Source: Symbiobacterium sp. (GTDB lineage Bacteria > Bacillota > Sulfobacillia > UBA995 > UBA9673). From it: a stretch of 64,000 bases of DNA. A model generated the notes under the pieces. That model saw only the letters and a program-made list of their open reading frames with translations, ran no database searches and was not told the origin of the DNA. Numbering within the stretch: position 1 is the first letter of the stretch; each line of letters opens with the position of its first letter. The translations under genes were made by a program, and so were the position numbers. The stretch covers positions 32,157-96,156 of the forward strand of contig DYFB01000015.1 of NCBI GenBank assembly GCA_020725405.1. The letters are read 5' to 3'. Positions 43,302 through 52,852 of the stretch are shown here, one piece after another.

Positions 43302-45954
43302 GCCCGCAGTCGCGCAGGACGGCCACCGGGGTTTGCTGGAGGCCCTGACCGAGCGGGTTGTCGGCGAAGAGCTCGGCGATGAGCTCCCGGTCTACGCCGG
43401 GAGTTGATCCCAGCACGGTCGCGTCGAGGTCGTTGGCGTCGACGACGACGACGGCCACGTCGACCCCTGCGCTCCGCCTCAGAGCGGCGGCCAACCCGGC
43501 CGCGACCCCGTCGGGGTCCTCCGGGGCGAGCTTGGCGTGCGTGTTGTAGGGCGGGATGGTGCCGGCCGTCGGTCCGTCGATGGCCTTGACTCTCGGGCCG
43601 GCGATGTCGTAGAAGAGTCCCCTCACTCCGATCAGCTTGCCGAGAGCCCCCACGGCGGCGGCGACCAGGATCCTCACGAGCCCGACCTCCCGTATCGCAA
43701 GCTGCATGGTTTCAGGGCGTCCCACTCCTATCCCGTGCGGGTTCCGGTTGACAAAGCGGGACAGAACCCGAGCCGGGAGCGAGACCCGGACTTCGCCGAG
43801 CGGAAAGGACCGGCCCTGGGAGATGGCGACCACCTTCTCGCTCACGGCCACGATGTCCCCGTCACGCAGGACGGGACCGTTCTCCCCGCCGCCCGTCCCG
43901 GCCCGCGCCTCGTCGAGAGCCTGCAGGATGACCTCCGCGGGGTCGTCCCCCCGGCCCACGAGGCGGGTCCGGAGAGGCAGGCGGGCGTAGGCCCGCCCCC
44001 GGGCCACGGTGAAGAGGTGCTTACCCGGGTTCGGCCGGACCACGGTCAGAATCTGCCCGGCCTCCGGGCAGCCGGCGGCCGCGGCCGCGTGGGCCCAGGC
44101 CCTGTCTCCAGCCTCGGTGAAGGACTCCGGGGCCTCTCTCGAGATCTCGCCCCGGTCGTCGAAGAAGACCCTCAGCCACAGCTCCACATTGATGGCCCGC
44201 CAGAAGAACATCGAGTTGTCCAGCCGGCCCGCGCACGCCCCCCGGAAGGCCCGCAGGACCTTCTCCCCGTTCCAGTACTTCCGGCCCTGGAAGGCCGGGC
44301 TGGCGATGAGGCTTCCGAAGACGGCCCGCCGGTTCATGAGCCAGCGTATCTCCGGGGTGGTGAAGCCCACCTTCCATCTCCTGCGCCGGATCTTCTCCGG
44401 GATGATGCCGGACATGGCCTTGCGGAAGACGGCCCGGCTCCAGCCGCTCGAGATGATGGCCTCCGGCGGCAGGGAGAGGATGTGCTCCACCAGCTCCTGG
44501 TCGAGGAACGGCACCCGCGACTCCATGGAGAAAGCCATAGAGTTCTTGTCCTCGTAGCGGAGGAGACAAGGTAGGCTGTAGAGCGTCAGGTCACGCAGGA
44601 GCCTGTCCTTGAGGTCCGCCTGAGGCCGGAGATCGCGCGGCTCGGCCACCGAGGCCCGGAACTCGTCCCGGATCAGGCCGGGCTCGTCTATCCGCCGGCG
44701 GGGGCTCCGCTCGAGGAGCCGGCGCCGCACCAGCGGCCAGAGGACATCCTTCGCGGCCCAGGCCTCCCGGAGCCACAGGCCGAAGCGGCGCTCCCGGAGA
44801 AGCTGCCGGAGATAGACCGCGTGGTAAGGGACGTAGCCGGCTAGGAGCTCGTCCCCCCCTTGCCCATCCAGAAGGACCTTGACCTTTTCCGAGGCCCCCC
44901 GCATCACCCGCCACTGCGCGTAGGGTCCGGTGCTCACGGTGGGCTCCTCCTGGTGCCAAACGAAAGACTCGAGCTCCGTGACGAACTCGTGGGGTGTCGG
45001 GTGGATGTAGTTGGGCTCCGCACGGGTGCCCTGTACGGCCTCCTCAATGTAGTCGCGCTCGTCGATAGGGTCGCCGTCGAACACGGCCGAGAAGGTCTGG
45101 AGCCTGGCCCCCATGGAGCCGGCGTCCCGGTCCTGGGCCTCGAGGAGCTCGTTCATGACCCGCACGATGCTCGTGGAATCGAGTCCTCCGGACAGGCAGG
45201 CCCCGAGGGGGACGTCGGCGACGAGGCGCCTGCGGACGGCTTCCCGGAAGAGGCGCCTGAATTCGGCCGGGTCGGCGTTTCCGTCGGTCGTGAGGCGGGG
45301 GGTCCAGTAGGCCCGGACGCTCATCCCGCCGTCGTCCACGACGGCGTAGGAGGCCGCCGGTAGACGGAGCACCCCTTCGAAGAACGTCTCGTCGCGGTGG
45401 TCGTGAAGACCGTAAGCCAGGTACTCGTAGATGATCTGGTCGCAGGGCGAGGTTCTGAACTCCGGGTCCTGGAGGATGGCCTTTATCTCCGAGGCGAAGA
45501 GGAGTCTCCTTGTGGTGCTCGCGTAGTAGAGCGGCTTTATCCCGAAATGGTCGCGGGCGAGGATGAGCCTGCGCCGCGGAAGGTCGGCCAGGGCGAGGGA
45601 CCACATGCCGTTGAAGCGCTCGAAGCAACCGGTCCCGTACTCCTCGTAGGCGTGGAGGACGACCTCGCTGTCCGAATCGGTCCGGAAGCGGTGACCGGCG
45701 GCGGCGAGTTCCGCCCGGAGCTCGCGGAAGTTGTAGACTTCACCGTTGTAGACGAGCTGGACGGTCCCGTCCTCGTTAGCCATCGGCTGACGTCCGCCCT
45801 CGATGTCGATTATCGAAAGGCGGCGGTGTCCCAGGCTGACGGCCTCGTCCTCGAAGAAGCCCTCGCCGTCGGGGCCGCGGTGCCTGATGACCGCGGTCAT
45901 TCGCCGCAGAAGGGCCGGGTCGGGTCTACCCCAGAAGCCGACGATGCCGCACAT
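43291..45954 (-). CDS. asparagine synthetase (Gln-hydrolysing) fused to CofE/F420:glutamyl ligase-like domain
   Basis: MCGI, RHRGPD, NGEVYN, SGGLDS, GGDE, ESRVPF; C-terminal GDI..VSEK..AI.QGR, AIDG, VVDAND, DNPLGQ..QQTP. Confidence 0.85.
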   Translation of the reverse strand: MCGIVGFWGRPDPALLRRMTAVIRHRGPDGEGFFEDEAVSLGHRRLSIIDIEGGRQPMANEDGTVQLVYNGEVYNFRELRAELAAAGHRFRTDSDSEVVLHAYEEYGTGCFERFNGMWSLALADLPRRRLILARDHFGIKPLYYASTTRRLLFASEIKAILQDPEFRTSPCDQIIYEYLAYGLHDHRDETFFEGVLRLPAASYAVVDDGGMSVRAYWTPRLTTDGNADPAEFRRLFREAVRRRLVADVPLGACLSGGLDSTSIVRVMNELLEAQDRDAGSMGARLQTFSAVFDGDPIDERDYIEEAVQGTRAEPNYIHPTPHEFVTELESFVWHQEEPTVSTGPYAQWRVMRGASEKVKVLLDGQGGDELLAGYVPYHAVYLRQLLRERRFGLWLREAWAAKDVLWPLVRRRLLERSPRRRIDEPGLIRDEFRASVAEPRDLRPQADLKDRLLRDLTLYSLPCLLRYEDKNSMAFSMESRVPFLDQELVEHILSLPPEAIISSGWSRAVFRKAMSGIIPEKIRRRRWKVGFTTPEIRWLMNRRAVFGSLIASPAFQGRKYWNGEKVLRAFRGACAGRLDNSMFFWRAINVELWLRVFFDDRGEISREAPESFTEAGDRAWAHAAAAAGCPEAGQILTVVRPNPGKHLFTVARGRAYARLPLRTRLVGRGDDPAEVILQALDEARAGTGGGENGPVLRDGDIVAVSEKVVAISQGRSFPLGEVRVSLPARVLSRFVNRNPHGIGVGRPETMQLAIREVGLVRILVAAAVGALGKLIGVRGLFYDIAGPRVKAIDGPTAGTIPPYNTHAKLAPEDPDGVAAGLAAALRRSAGVDVAVVVVDANDLDATVLGSTPGVDRELIAELFADNPLGQGLQQTPVAVLRDCGPTR

Positions 45955-46139
45955 CGCGGGAGCCTCCATGCACTCTTGTTCTCTGACGCAAAGGTCAAGC
46001 ACTAAGGTATCTGTTCCTGAGGAAGGACGCAAGCGGGACCTCCCGAAGGGTCAGAACAATCATCTACCAGCAAAGCGAACGCCTGGACGCGGGGCTAGGC
46101 CAGCTTCTCCCCGAGCCAGTCCAGGGCCGGCCGGAAGCG

Positions 46140-46489
46140 AAGGCTAGCTCCTCGCGGGCCAGGGGGGGCCGAGACCTCCCGGCCCCGCAGGGCTCCGATC
46201 TTGCGGTCGGCGTGGACGGAAGCGATGAGGAGGCCGTCTGCGACCGCCCGGTTGACCTCGGCCTCAAGGGTCCCTTAGTCCGGTCCGGAGCCCAGGACGT
46301 CGGGAGGAGCCTCCGTGGGACTGACTGGACGTCGGCCCGCGTCGCTCACTCGGGGAGGACCGCCAGTTCGAGGCGCTCGACCCCGAGGGCCCTGGCCGCC
46401 TCCAGGGCGGCCGCGAGGTCCCAGAAGCCCCGACCGAGGGCCAGAGAGAGAGTCCCGGTCGATACGGACACACCGGCCAGGCCTGTCAA
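46140..46489 (-). pseudogene. disrupted xylose-isomerase-like TIM-barrel gene fragment
   Basis: TTG overlapping gltX stop; VSTGTL...LAAALEAARALGVERLEL, then TGA; LIASVHA resumes in another frame. Confidence 0.5.
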
Positions 46490-48090
46490 CGCCCGTCAGC
46501 TCCCGAGGGCGGCGGCCGGGACGACGATGAGGACGCTGTAAAGGCCACCGCCCTGGCCATTCTCTCAAGACAGAGGTCCCGGCCCAAGGCGGCCATGGTA
46601 TCGAAGAGCGGTGGGCTCGCCACCCGTCCGGTGACAGCGGCCCGGATGGGCTGGAAGACCTTACGCCCTGAGAGCCCCAGTCGCTCGACGAGCGCCCGCC
46701 CGGCCGCCTCCAGGGAGGTGGGACTCCAGTCCTCGTGGTTCCGGTAGGTCTGGAGGGCCTCATCGAGGATGTCCCCGGCCTCACGGAGCATCTTCAAGGC
46801 CGCCTCGTCGGGCTCGATATCGCGGCGGAAGAAGAACTCGGTCGCCGCAACGATGTCCTTGAGGGTTTCGATACGTTCCTGCTCGAGACTCACTATCCAG
46901 ACGACCCGCTCAAAGTCAGAGCGGACCATGCCGGCGGGAGGATCGGGAGCCGCGTCCGGTGGGTCCTCCCCCAGGCTCTCGGCGACGAGCCCGGCCTTCT
47001 TGAGGAAGGGTAGACACCTCCGGGCGAGCTCCTCGCGGTCGAGGCGCCGGATGTAGTTGGCGTTCATCCAGGTGAGTTTCTCCGGATCGAAGACCGACGG
47101 CGCTTTAGTCACCCGCTCGAGGGAGAATTCGGCCAGTATCTCGCGCAGGGTGAGGAACTCCCGCCCGTCAGCCGGGGTCCAGCCGAGAAGAGCCATGAAG
47201 TTGATGAGGGCCTCGGGCAGGAAGCCCTCCTCGCGGTACATCCCGACATAGGCGTTCCCGGCCCGCTTGGCCATCTTCTCCCGGCTGGGAAGCAGGATAT
47301 GCCCGACGTGACCGAAGCGGGGCTGCCTCTCCCCGAGGGCCTCGTAGATGAGGCACTGGACCGGCGTGTTTGGGATGTGACCCTCGCCTCGGATGACGTG
47401 GCTCACCCGCATGGTGATGTCGTCGACCACGACCGCGAAGTTGTAGAGGGGCATCCCGCTCGGGCGGACGATGATGAAGTCGCTGATCGCCTCGGTCGGG
47501 TACTCTATGCGGCCGCGGATGAGGTCGTCGATGACCACCACCCGCCCCCCGGGCACGGCGAAGCGGAGGGCGGGCACCCGATCTTCGGTCTCAAACCGCT
47601 CCCGCTCGGCCTCGCCGAGACGCCGGCAGCGGCCGCTGTACTTGTAGGCCACGCCCGCCCGCTGGGCCTCGGCCCGCTCGGCCTCGAGTTCTTCGGCCGT
47701 GCAGTAGCAAGGGTAGACGTGCCCGCTCTCGACCAGGCGGCGGGCGTACTCCTCGTAGAGCGGCAGCCGCTCCGATTGACGATAAGGGCCGTAGGGGCCG
47801 CCGATGTCCGGCCCCTCGTCCCAGTCCAGGCCGAGCCACCGCATCTCCTCGAAGATGAGCCGCTCGAACTTCGGATCAGAGCGCTCGAGGTCGGTGTCCT
47901 CGAAGCGCAGGATGAACGCGCCGCCGCGGCCCCGCGCGAAGAGCCAGTTGAAGAAAGCCGTGTGCATGTTACCGACGTGGATGGGTCCGGTCGGACTAGG
48001 GGCCACCCGCACTCGCACGGGCCCGACATCCGGCCCTGCCGCCTCTGTTTCCGGTCCGCCGCGCCCCGGGCTCCTCGCCGCCTGTGTCAC
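46486..48090 (-). CDS. gltX: glutamate--tRNA ligase
   Basis: APSPTG.IHVGN, LRFEDTD, GPYRQSER, CYC..C, KMAKR. Confidence 0.95.
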   Translation of the reverse strand: MTQAARSPGRGGPETEAAGPDVGPVRVRVAPSPTGPIHVGNMHTAFFNWLFARGRGGAFILRFEDTDLERSDPKFERLIFEEMRWLGLDWDEGPDIGGPYGPYRQSERLPLYEEYARRLVESGHVYPCYCTAEELEAERAEAQRAGVAYKYSGRCRRLGEAERERFETEDRVPALRFAVPGGRVVVIDDLIRGRIEYPTEAISDFIIVRPSGMPLYNFAVVVDDITMRVSHVIRGEGHIPNTPVQCLIYEALGERQPRFGHVGHILLPSREKMAKRAGNAYVGMYREEGFLPEALINFMALLGWTPADGREFLTLREILAEFSLERVTKAPSVFDPEKLTWMNANYIRRLDREELARRCLPFLKKAGLVAESLGEDPPDAAPDPPAGMVRSDFERVVWIVSLEQERIETLKDIVAATEFFFRRDIEPDEAALKMLREAGDILDEALQTYRNHEDWSPTSLEAAGRALVERLGLSGRKVFQPIRAAVTGRVASPPLFDTMAALGRDLCLERMARAVAFTASSSSSRPPPSGADGR

Positions 48091-48216
48091 CCCGCGTCCT
48101 CCCTCCGCCTCCGAGCGTCAGGGTCGCCGCAAGTATTCCCGCTGCCCGAGTGGGTCTTCCGGTTTCGTTCGCTCCGGGCCCGGTATTCCCTCCAGTCGTG
48201 CGGACGGGTGGATAGG

Positions 48217-49476
48217 CTAGATCGGCTGGCGCGGGGCCGCCTCCTTGGACGTCCGCCCCCGCGAGGGAACCAGCCTCCAGACACCGGCGGCCGCGAGGGC
48301 CGCCACGACGCTCAGCGAGCCGACGACGCCGAAGGCGGCCGGTGTCCCGAGGCGCTCGGCCAAGGCTCCGGCGAGGAAGGCCCCGAGAGGCGTCACGCCG
48401 CCGAAGACCAGGAAGTAGACACTCATCACCCGCCCGCGAAGCTCGTCCGGTACGGCGGTCTGCACGCTCGTGTTCGAGCTGGCGAGATAGGTGACCATCG
48501 CCGCCCCGCAGCCGAACAGGACGACCGCGGCGAGGACCGGGCTCCCGACCAGCCCTAAGGCTACCTCCCCCGTTCCCAGGAGGACGGCCCCGGCGACGAT
48601 CAGCCGCGCCTGCCGGCCTTCGGTTCCGTAGGTCGCCAGGCCGACCGAGCCTAGGAGGGCCCCGGCCCCCAGGGCGGACATCAGGAACCCGTAGCCGCTG
48701 GAGTCGAGCTCGAGGACCTCGCGGGCGAGCAGGGGGACGAGGACGTTCAGGTTGAGGGCCAGGGTCGAGATGGCCCCGAGCAGGACGATGACCCCCAGAA
48801 CCGCTGGCGTCCCCCGGATGTAGGCCAGGCCTTCCCGTATCTCCCCGAGGGCGCTCCGTCCCCCGGCCCGCCGCGCCCGGTCCGGGACGGTCATCACCCA
48901 CAGGGCGTAGATGACGGCGAAGAAGCTCAGCCCGTTGATGAGGAAGGCCCACCCGGTCCCGACGGCCTTGATGGTCACCCCCGCGAGGGCCGGGCCGACG
49001 ACCCGGGCCAGGTTGAAAATCGTGGAGTTCAGGGCGACCGCGTTCAGGAGGTCCTCCTTGCCGGTCATCTCGACGAAGAACGACTGCCGCGCCGGGGCGT
49101 CGAAGGCCCGGGCCGTCCCGCTCAGGGCGGCCAGGCAGGCGACGTGCCAGAAGCGGACCTGCCCGCTGAGAGTCAGGAAGGCCAGGGCGAAGGCGAACAG
49201 GGCCAGGCTCACTTGGGTCAGGAGGAGGATCTTCCGCTTCGGGAAGCGGTCGGCCAGAACCCCGGCGTAGAGCGTGAGCAAGAGGACCGGCGTGAACTGC
49301 AGGGCGCTCACCAGGCCGAGCTTGAGCGCCGACCCGGTCAGGGTCAGGACGAGCCAGGCCTGGGCCGTCATCTGCATCCAGCTCCCGGCCAGGGATATCA
49401 TCTGTCCGAGCCAGAAGAGCCGGAAGTTACGGTGCCGCAGGGCGCGGAAGGTTCGCGGCGTGGACGGTGCCTCCAA
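48217..49476 (-). CDS. MFS transporter
   Basis: RNFRLFW.GQ, G.LADRF.KR, D.PARQS, RGRVMS; about 12 TMs. Confidence 0.9.
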   Translation of the reverse strand: MEAPSTPRTFRALRHRNFRLFWLGQMISLAGSWMQMTAQAWLVLTLTGSALKLGLVSALQFTPVLLLTLYAGVLADRFPKRKILLLTQVSLALFAFALAFLTLSGQVRFWHVACLAALSGTARAFDAPARQSFFVEMTGKEDLLNAVALNSTIFNLARVVGPALAGVTIKAVGTGWAFLINGLSFFAVIYALWVMTVPDRARRAGGRSALGEIREGLAYIRGTPAVLGVIVLLGAISTLALNLNVLVPLLAREVLELDSSGYGFLMSALGAGALLGSVGLATYGTEGRQARLIVAGAVLLGTGEVALGLVGSPVLAAVVLFGCGAAMVTYLASSNTSVQTAVPDELRGRVMSVYFLVFGGVTPLGAFLAGALAERLGTPAAFGVVGSLSVVAALAAAGVWRLVPSRGRTSKEAAPRQPI

Positions 49477-49552
49477 CCCATTGCTTCGGGACGCGAAGGT
49501 CTCTCTACCGTCTATACGCTGCGGCGGGCGTCAATCCTCCTTCTGGGGGACG

Positions 49553-49786
49553 CTAACCGCCCGCCGGAGGGGTCATGAGGATGACCTCGGCCCCGTCCCC
49601 GGGTACGTAGTCCAGCCCGCGGCGTTTCCCGTCGACGACGGCCGCCATGACCAGAGCCCTGGCCACGCCGAGCTTCTCGATGATCCCCGCCACGCTGAGC
49701 GGGGTCTCTAGGACGAGGTCGTAACGGTCCTTGCCGCCGGGGAAGAACTCCACGGCATGCCCGACGACTCTGACGGTCACTTTCAC
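49553..49786 (-). CDS. MoaD/ThiS-family sulfur carrier
   Basis: 77-aa beta-grasp-type protein ending GG, downstream of AOR. Confidence 0.8.
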   Translation of the reverse strand: MKVTVRVVGHAVEFFPGGKDRYDLVLETPLSVAGIIEKLGVARALVMAAVVDGKRRGLDYVPGDGAEVILMTPPAGG

Positions 49787-49848
49787 CCTGCGGCCGACCT
49801 CCCCGTCGGGCCGTCGCCCGCCGGGCGGCAGAGGCCGCCCGGCGGGGG

Positions 49849-51705
49849 TCAGGCGCCGAGGTTGAGACTATCGAGCACGAACTCGAGCCCGAGCTCCCGG
49901 AGCTTGGCCGGGGTGGGAAGACCGTTCGCGTCCCAGCCCCTGAGCTCGTAGTACTCGGCCAGCATCCGCTCGGCGTTCTCACGGCTCACGAAGCGGCCCT
50001 TCCCGGCGCCGCTTGGCAGGGGCTCCTCCAGCCAGCGGGCCGGGGGCAGGTCCCACGCCCGGCCGAAATCGGGTCGCTCACGGAGATTGAAGCAGCGGGT
50101 CAGGTTCCATATCCGCTCGGAGATCCGGAGAAGGTCCTCCCAGCTGTACTCCCATCCCGTCACCAGCGGGAACATCTCGGCGTAGTGGCTGAGCTCGAAC
50201 CCGATCTCGACCCACTGCAGCCGGCACAGGCCCAGAGCGTCGAAAAGCGGGCGGACGTGCTGGAGCTCGATAACCTTCCAGGCCTTCCCCTCTATCTTGT
50301 CCTGGCCGACGGCGGCGTCGTAGGTGATGGCCCAGGCCCGGTTGTGGTGGGCCCCGATGTCAGCCGTCATGTAGGCCAGCATCATCGCCGGCGCGTAGCG
50401 CGACTCATAGCCGGAGATCTCGAGCCCCTTTATCTGCATGGCGAACCTCTCCGAGCCCCGGCCCACCTTCTCGGCGGCGCTCTTCACTCCTCGCGCCAGG
50501 AGCTCTCCGACCCCCTCGCGCCGGGCGATACGCTCGAGCAGCCAGGCCACGCCGTCGGGGTCGCCCCAGGTGAGCTCCCGTCCCACATCCTCGGTCGTCA
50601 AGAGGCCCTTCTCCAGGCACTCGAGGACGAAGGCTACCACCGCGCCGCCCGAGATGGTGTCGATGCCGAGCTCGTCAGCCACGTAGTTGACGTAGGCGAC
50701 GTCCTCGATGTTCTCAAGGAGCAGGTTCCCACCCATGAGGGCGATGGTCTCATACTCCGGTCCCTCGACGTAGATGGTCTTGCCTCTGTAGTCGGCCCGC
50801 GAGTACTTGCCGCACGGGATAGGGCACCCGGTGCAGGCCTTGTCGAGGACGAGGATCCTCTCCCGGAGGGTCGGGCCGTTGATGGCCTTGTGTTTCTCGA
50901 AGTAGCCCGTCTGGAAGTTCTTCGTCGGAAAGGCTCCTATCTCGTTGATCCAGTCGGTCACTCCGGCGGTCCCGTAGGGGGTCCATTCCTCGAAGCCGGG
51001 TTTGGCGAAGCAGGCCTCGTACATCTCCTTGCCCTTCCGGAGCGTCCCCTCGGGGTCGGCCACCTCGAAACCCCTTGACCCCCGGACCGCGATAGCCTTC
51101 ACTCTCTTCGAACCGAGGACGGCGCCCACACCGGTCCTGCCGGCCTGCCGCCCGAAGTCATGGGAGACGACCGCGTAGGTGACGAGGTTCTCCCCCGCCG
51201 GCCCGATGACGGCGATCTTGAAGTCCTCGCCGAGGTCGTCCTTCATCTCCTTTTCGGTCTGAATGGCTCCCTTGCCCCAGTACTTGGCCGCGTCCCGAAT
51301 CTCGATCTTCTCGTCGTCAATGAAGATGTAGCTCGGCCCGGCGGCCGCTCCCTCGATGATCAGGGCGTCGTAGCCGGCGAACTTGAGCTCCCCGGCCAGG
51401 TGGCCGCCCATGTTGCTCTCGCCGTAGAGCCCGGTCTGCGGAGACTTGGCGCCCATCTCTATCTTCCCGCTTCCGGGCAGGAACAGCCCGGCCATCGGGC
51501 CGGAGGCCACAACCACCTTGTTCTCCGGTGACAGCGGCTCTGTGCCGGGGCGGAGCTCGTCCCAGAGGATGCGGGCCACGAAGCCGCGGCCCCCGAGGTA
51601 GTTCCGGGCGAGGTCCTCCGGGGTCGGCTCGACGCGGACGTTCCGGCCGCCGAGGTCGATGCGGGCGATACGGCCGCCGTAACCGAACAGCTTCCCTTTG
51701 GGCAT
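49849..51705 (-). CDS. aor: aldehyde:ferredoxin oxidoreductase (tungsten AOR/WOR family)
   Basis: YLGGRG, KSPQTG, IGPAGEN, AGRTG.GAV.GSK, CTGCPIPC, GPEYET, D.LG.D, YY..RGWD..G.P. Confidence 0.93.
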   Translation of the reverse strand: MPKGKLFGYGGRIARIDLGGRNVRVEPTPEDLARNYLGGRGFVARILWDELRPGTEPLSPENKVVVASGPMAGLFLPGSGKIEMGAKSPQTGLYGESNMGGHLAGELKFAGYDALIIEGAAAGPSYIFIDDEKIEIRDAAKYWGKGAIQTEKEMKDDLGEDFKIAVIGPAGENLVTYAVVSHDFGRQAGRTGVGAVLGSKRVKAIAVRGSRGFEVADPEGTLRKGKEMYEACFAKPGFEEWTPYGTAGVTDWINEIGAFPTKNFQTGYFEKHKAINGPTLRERILVLDKACTGCPIPCGKYSRADYRGKTIYVEGPEYETIALMGGNLLLENIEDVAYVNYVADELGIDTISGGAVVAFVLECLEKGLLTTEDVGRELTWGDPDGVAWLLERIARREGVGELLARGVKSAAEKVGRGSERFAMQIKGLEISGYESRYAPAMMLAYMTADIGAHHNRAWAITYDAAVGQDKIEGKAWKVIELQHVRPLFDALGLCRLQWVEIGFELSHYAEMFPLVTGWEYSWEDLLRISERIWNLTRCFNLRERPDFGRAWDLPPARWLEEPLPSGAGKGRFVSRENAERMLAEYYELRGWDANGLPTPAKLRELGLEFVLDSLNLGA

Positions 51706-51733
51706 GAGTCAACTCACCTCCTGGAAAAGACCG

Positions 51734-52162
51734 CTAACCAGCGCGCTTCCTGGCCTCGACGCCGGCCCAGACCACCTTGGCCTCCTCGTCGACGAGGGCC
51801 TGGCGCGGGCAGTAGGCCACGCAGTCCCCGCAGGCCACGCACTTGAAGGGGACCTCGTCATCCTTGTGGGTGAACATGGCTCCCTGGGGGCACTCCTCGA
51901 CGCAGATGAGGCAGCCCGTGCAGAGGTCGGGGTCTACCTCGTAGTGGTCACCCACCTCGTGGATGGCGTTGGCCGGGCAGATCTCGGCGCAGACCCCGCA
52001 CTGATCGCAGATGACGAGGGAGAACCTGCCGGGAGCGGGAAAGGCCCCGGAGACCCGAACCGCCGAACGCTTGGGGTTGGGCTGGGAGAAGTTGCGCATC
52101 GAGCAGACCAGCTCACAAGCGCGGCAGCCCGAGCAAAGCTCTTCCCTGACCGTGAGCTTCAT
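51734..52162 (-). CDS. 4Fe-4S dicluster protein (AOR small subunit)
   Basis: four CxxCxxCxxxC-type motifs. Confidence 0.9.
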   Translation of the reverse strand: MKLTVREELCSGCRACELVCSMRNFSQPNPKRSAVRVSGAFPAPGRFSLVICDQCGVCAEICPANAIHEVGDHYEVDPDLCTGCLICVEECPQGAMFTHKDDEVPFKCVACGDCVAYCPRQALVDEEAKVVWAGVEARKRAG

Positions 52163-52296
52163 CTTCTCACCTCCTTGGCTTCATCCGCGCCGTAGACGGT
52201 TCGAGTTCCGTCGAGGTCATTCCTCCCGGACCGGTCGCCGAGTCTTTTGCGGTAGGGCGACCGAGGCTCTCACCGACATCCGCACCCGTCTCGGCA

Positions 52297-52360
52297 CCGT
52301 GCCGGGCCGGGCCAGCATGTTTGAGTTCCCGTGCCGGGCCGGGCCAGCATGTTTGAGTTC
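52297..52360. repeat. exact 32-bp tandem duplication
   Basis: CCGTGCCGGGCCGGGCCAGCATGTTTGAGTTC x2. Confidence 0.95.
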
Positions 52361-52561
52361 AGTAACGACAACAAACTTGTTGGGTTTTGGACAACCTTAA
52401 ATCCTGCTAAAGACCCTTTTGTCCATCATCCTTCTAACATCAACGCCCAAGACGCGATAGACACTAACGCTGCTGAGAACGTTGCTGAGTGTGTCGGGCA
52501 ACACTCCGGGTCGCGCGCCCGCGACACGTCAGACTCCAGAGCACGAAGGGAGGTGACCGGA

Positions 52562-52795
52562 TTGGCCCGGACGGGTAGGAGACGGACGGATCTTCTCCCC
52601 GCCGAAGTCCTCGACCGCTTCAAGTATGAAATAGCCAACGAGCTGGGCCTGACCCAGGAGGTGCAGTCGAGGGGATGGGCCGAGATGAAGACCCGGGACG
52701 TAGGAAAGATCGGTGGGCACATCGGCGGTAACATGGTCAGGGTCATGATCAGGTACGCCGAGGAAGCCCTGGGAAGGGGAGAACGCCTTGGTTGA
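52562..52795 (+). CDS. alpha/beta-type small acid-soluble spore protein
   Basis: LDRFKYEIANELGL, GW..M.TRDVG.IGG.IGGNMV; GGAGG RBS, TTG start. Confidence 0.88.
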   Translation: MARTGRRRTDLLPAEVLDRFKYEIANELGLTQEVQSRGWAEMKTRDVGKIGGHIGGNMVRVMIRYAEEALGRGERLG

Positions 52796-52802
52796 GATCG
52801 GA

Positions 52803-52828
52803 GCGGGCGGGTCGACGGGACCGCCCGC
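52803..52828. terminator. hairpin between convergent genes
   Basis: GCGGGCGGGTC-loop-GACCGCCCGC. Confidence 0.45.
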
Positions 52829-52852
52829 CTCGATATTGTCCTCGGCCTCGCT

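Noticed and set aside
45984..46050. GACGCAAAG...CTAA resembling a c-di-GMP-I riboswitch
   Set aside because: Wrong strand for the adjacent gene, and the GGCAAA/GNRA stem is missing.
46340..46352. In-frame TGA in the TIM-barrel fragment as Sec readthrough
   Set aside because: Readthrough gives non-protein-like sequence, and similarity resumes only in another frame, so a pseudogene fits better.
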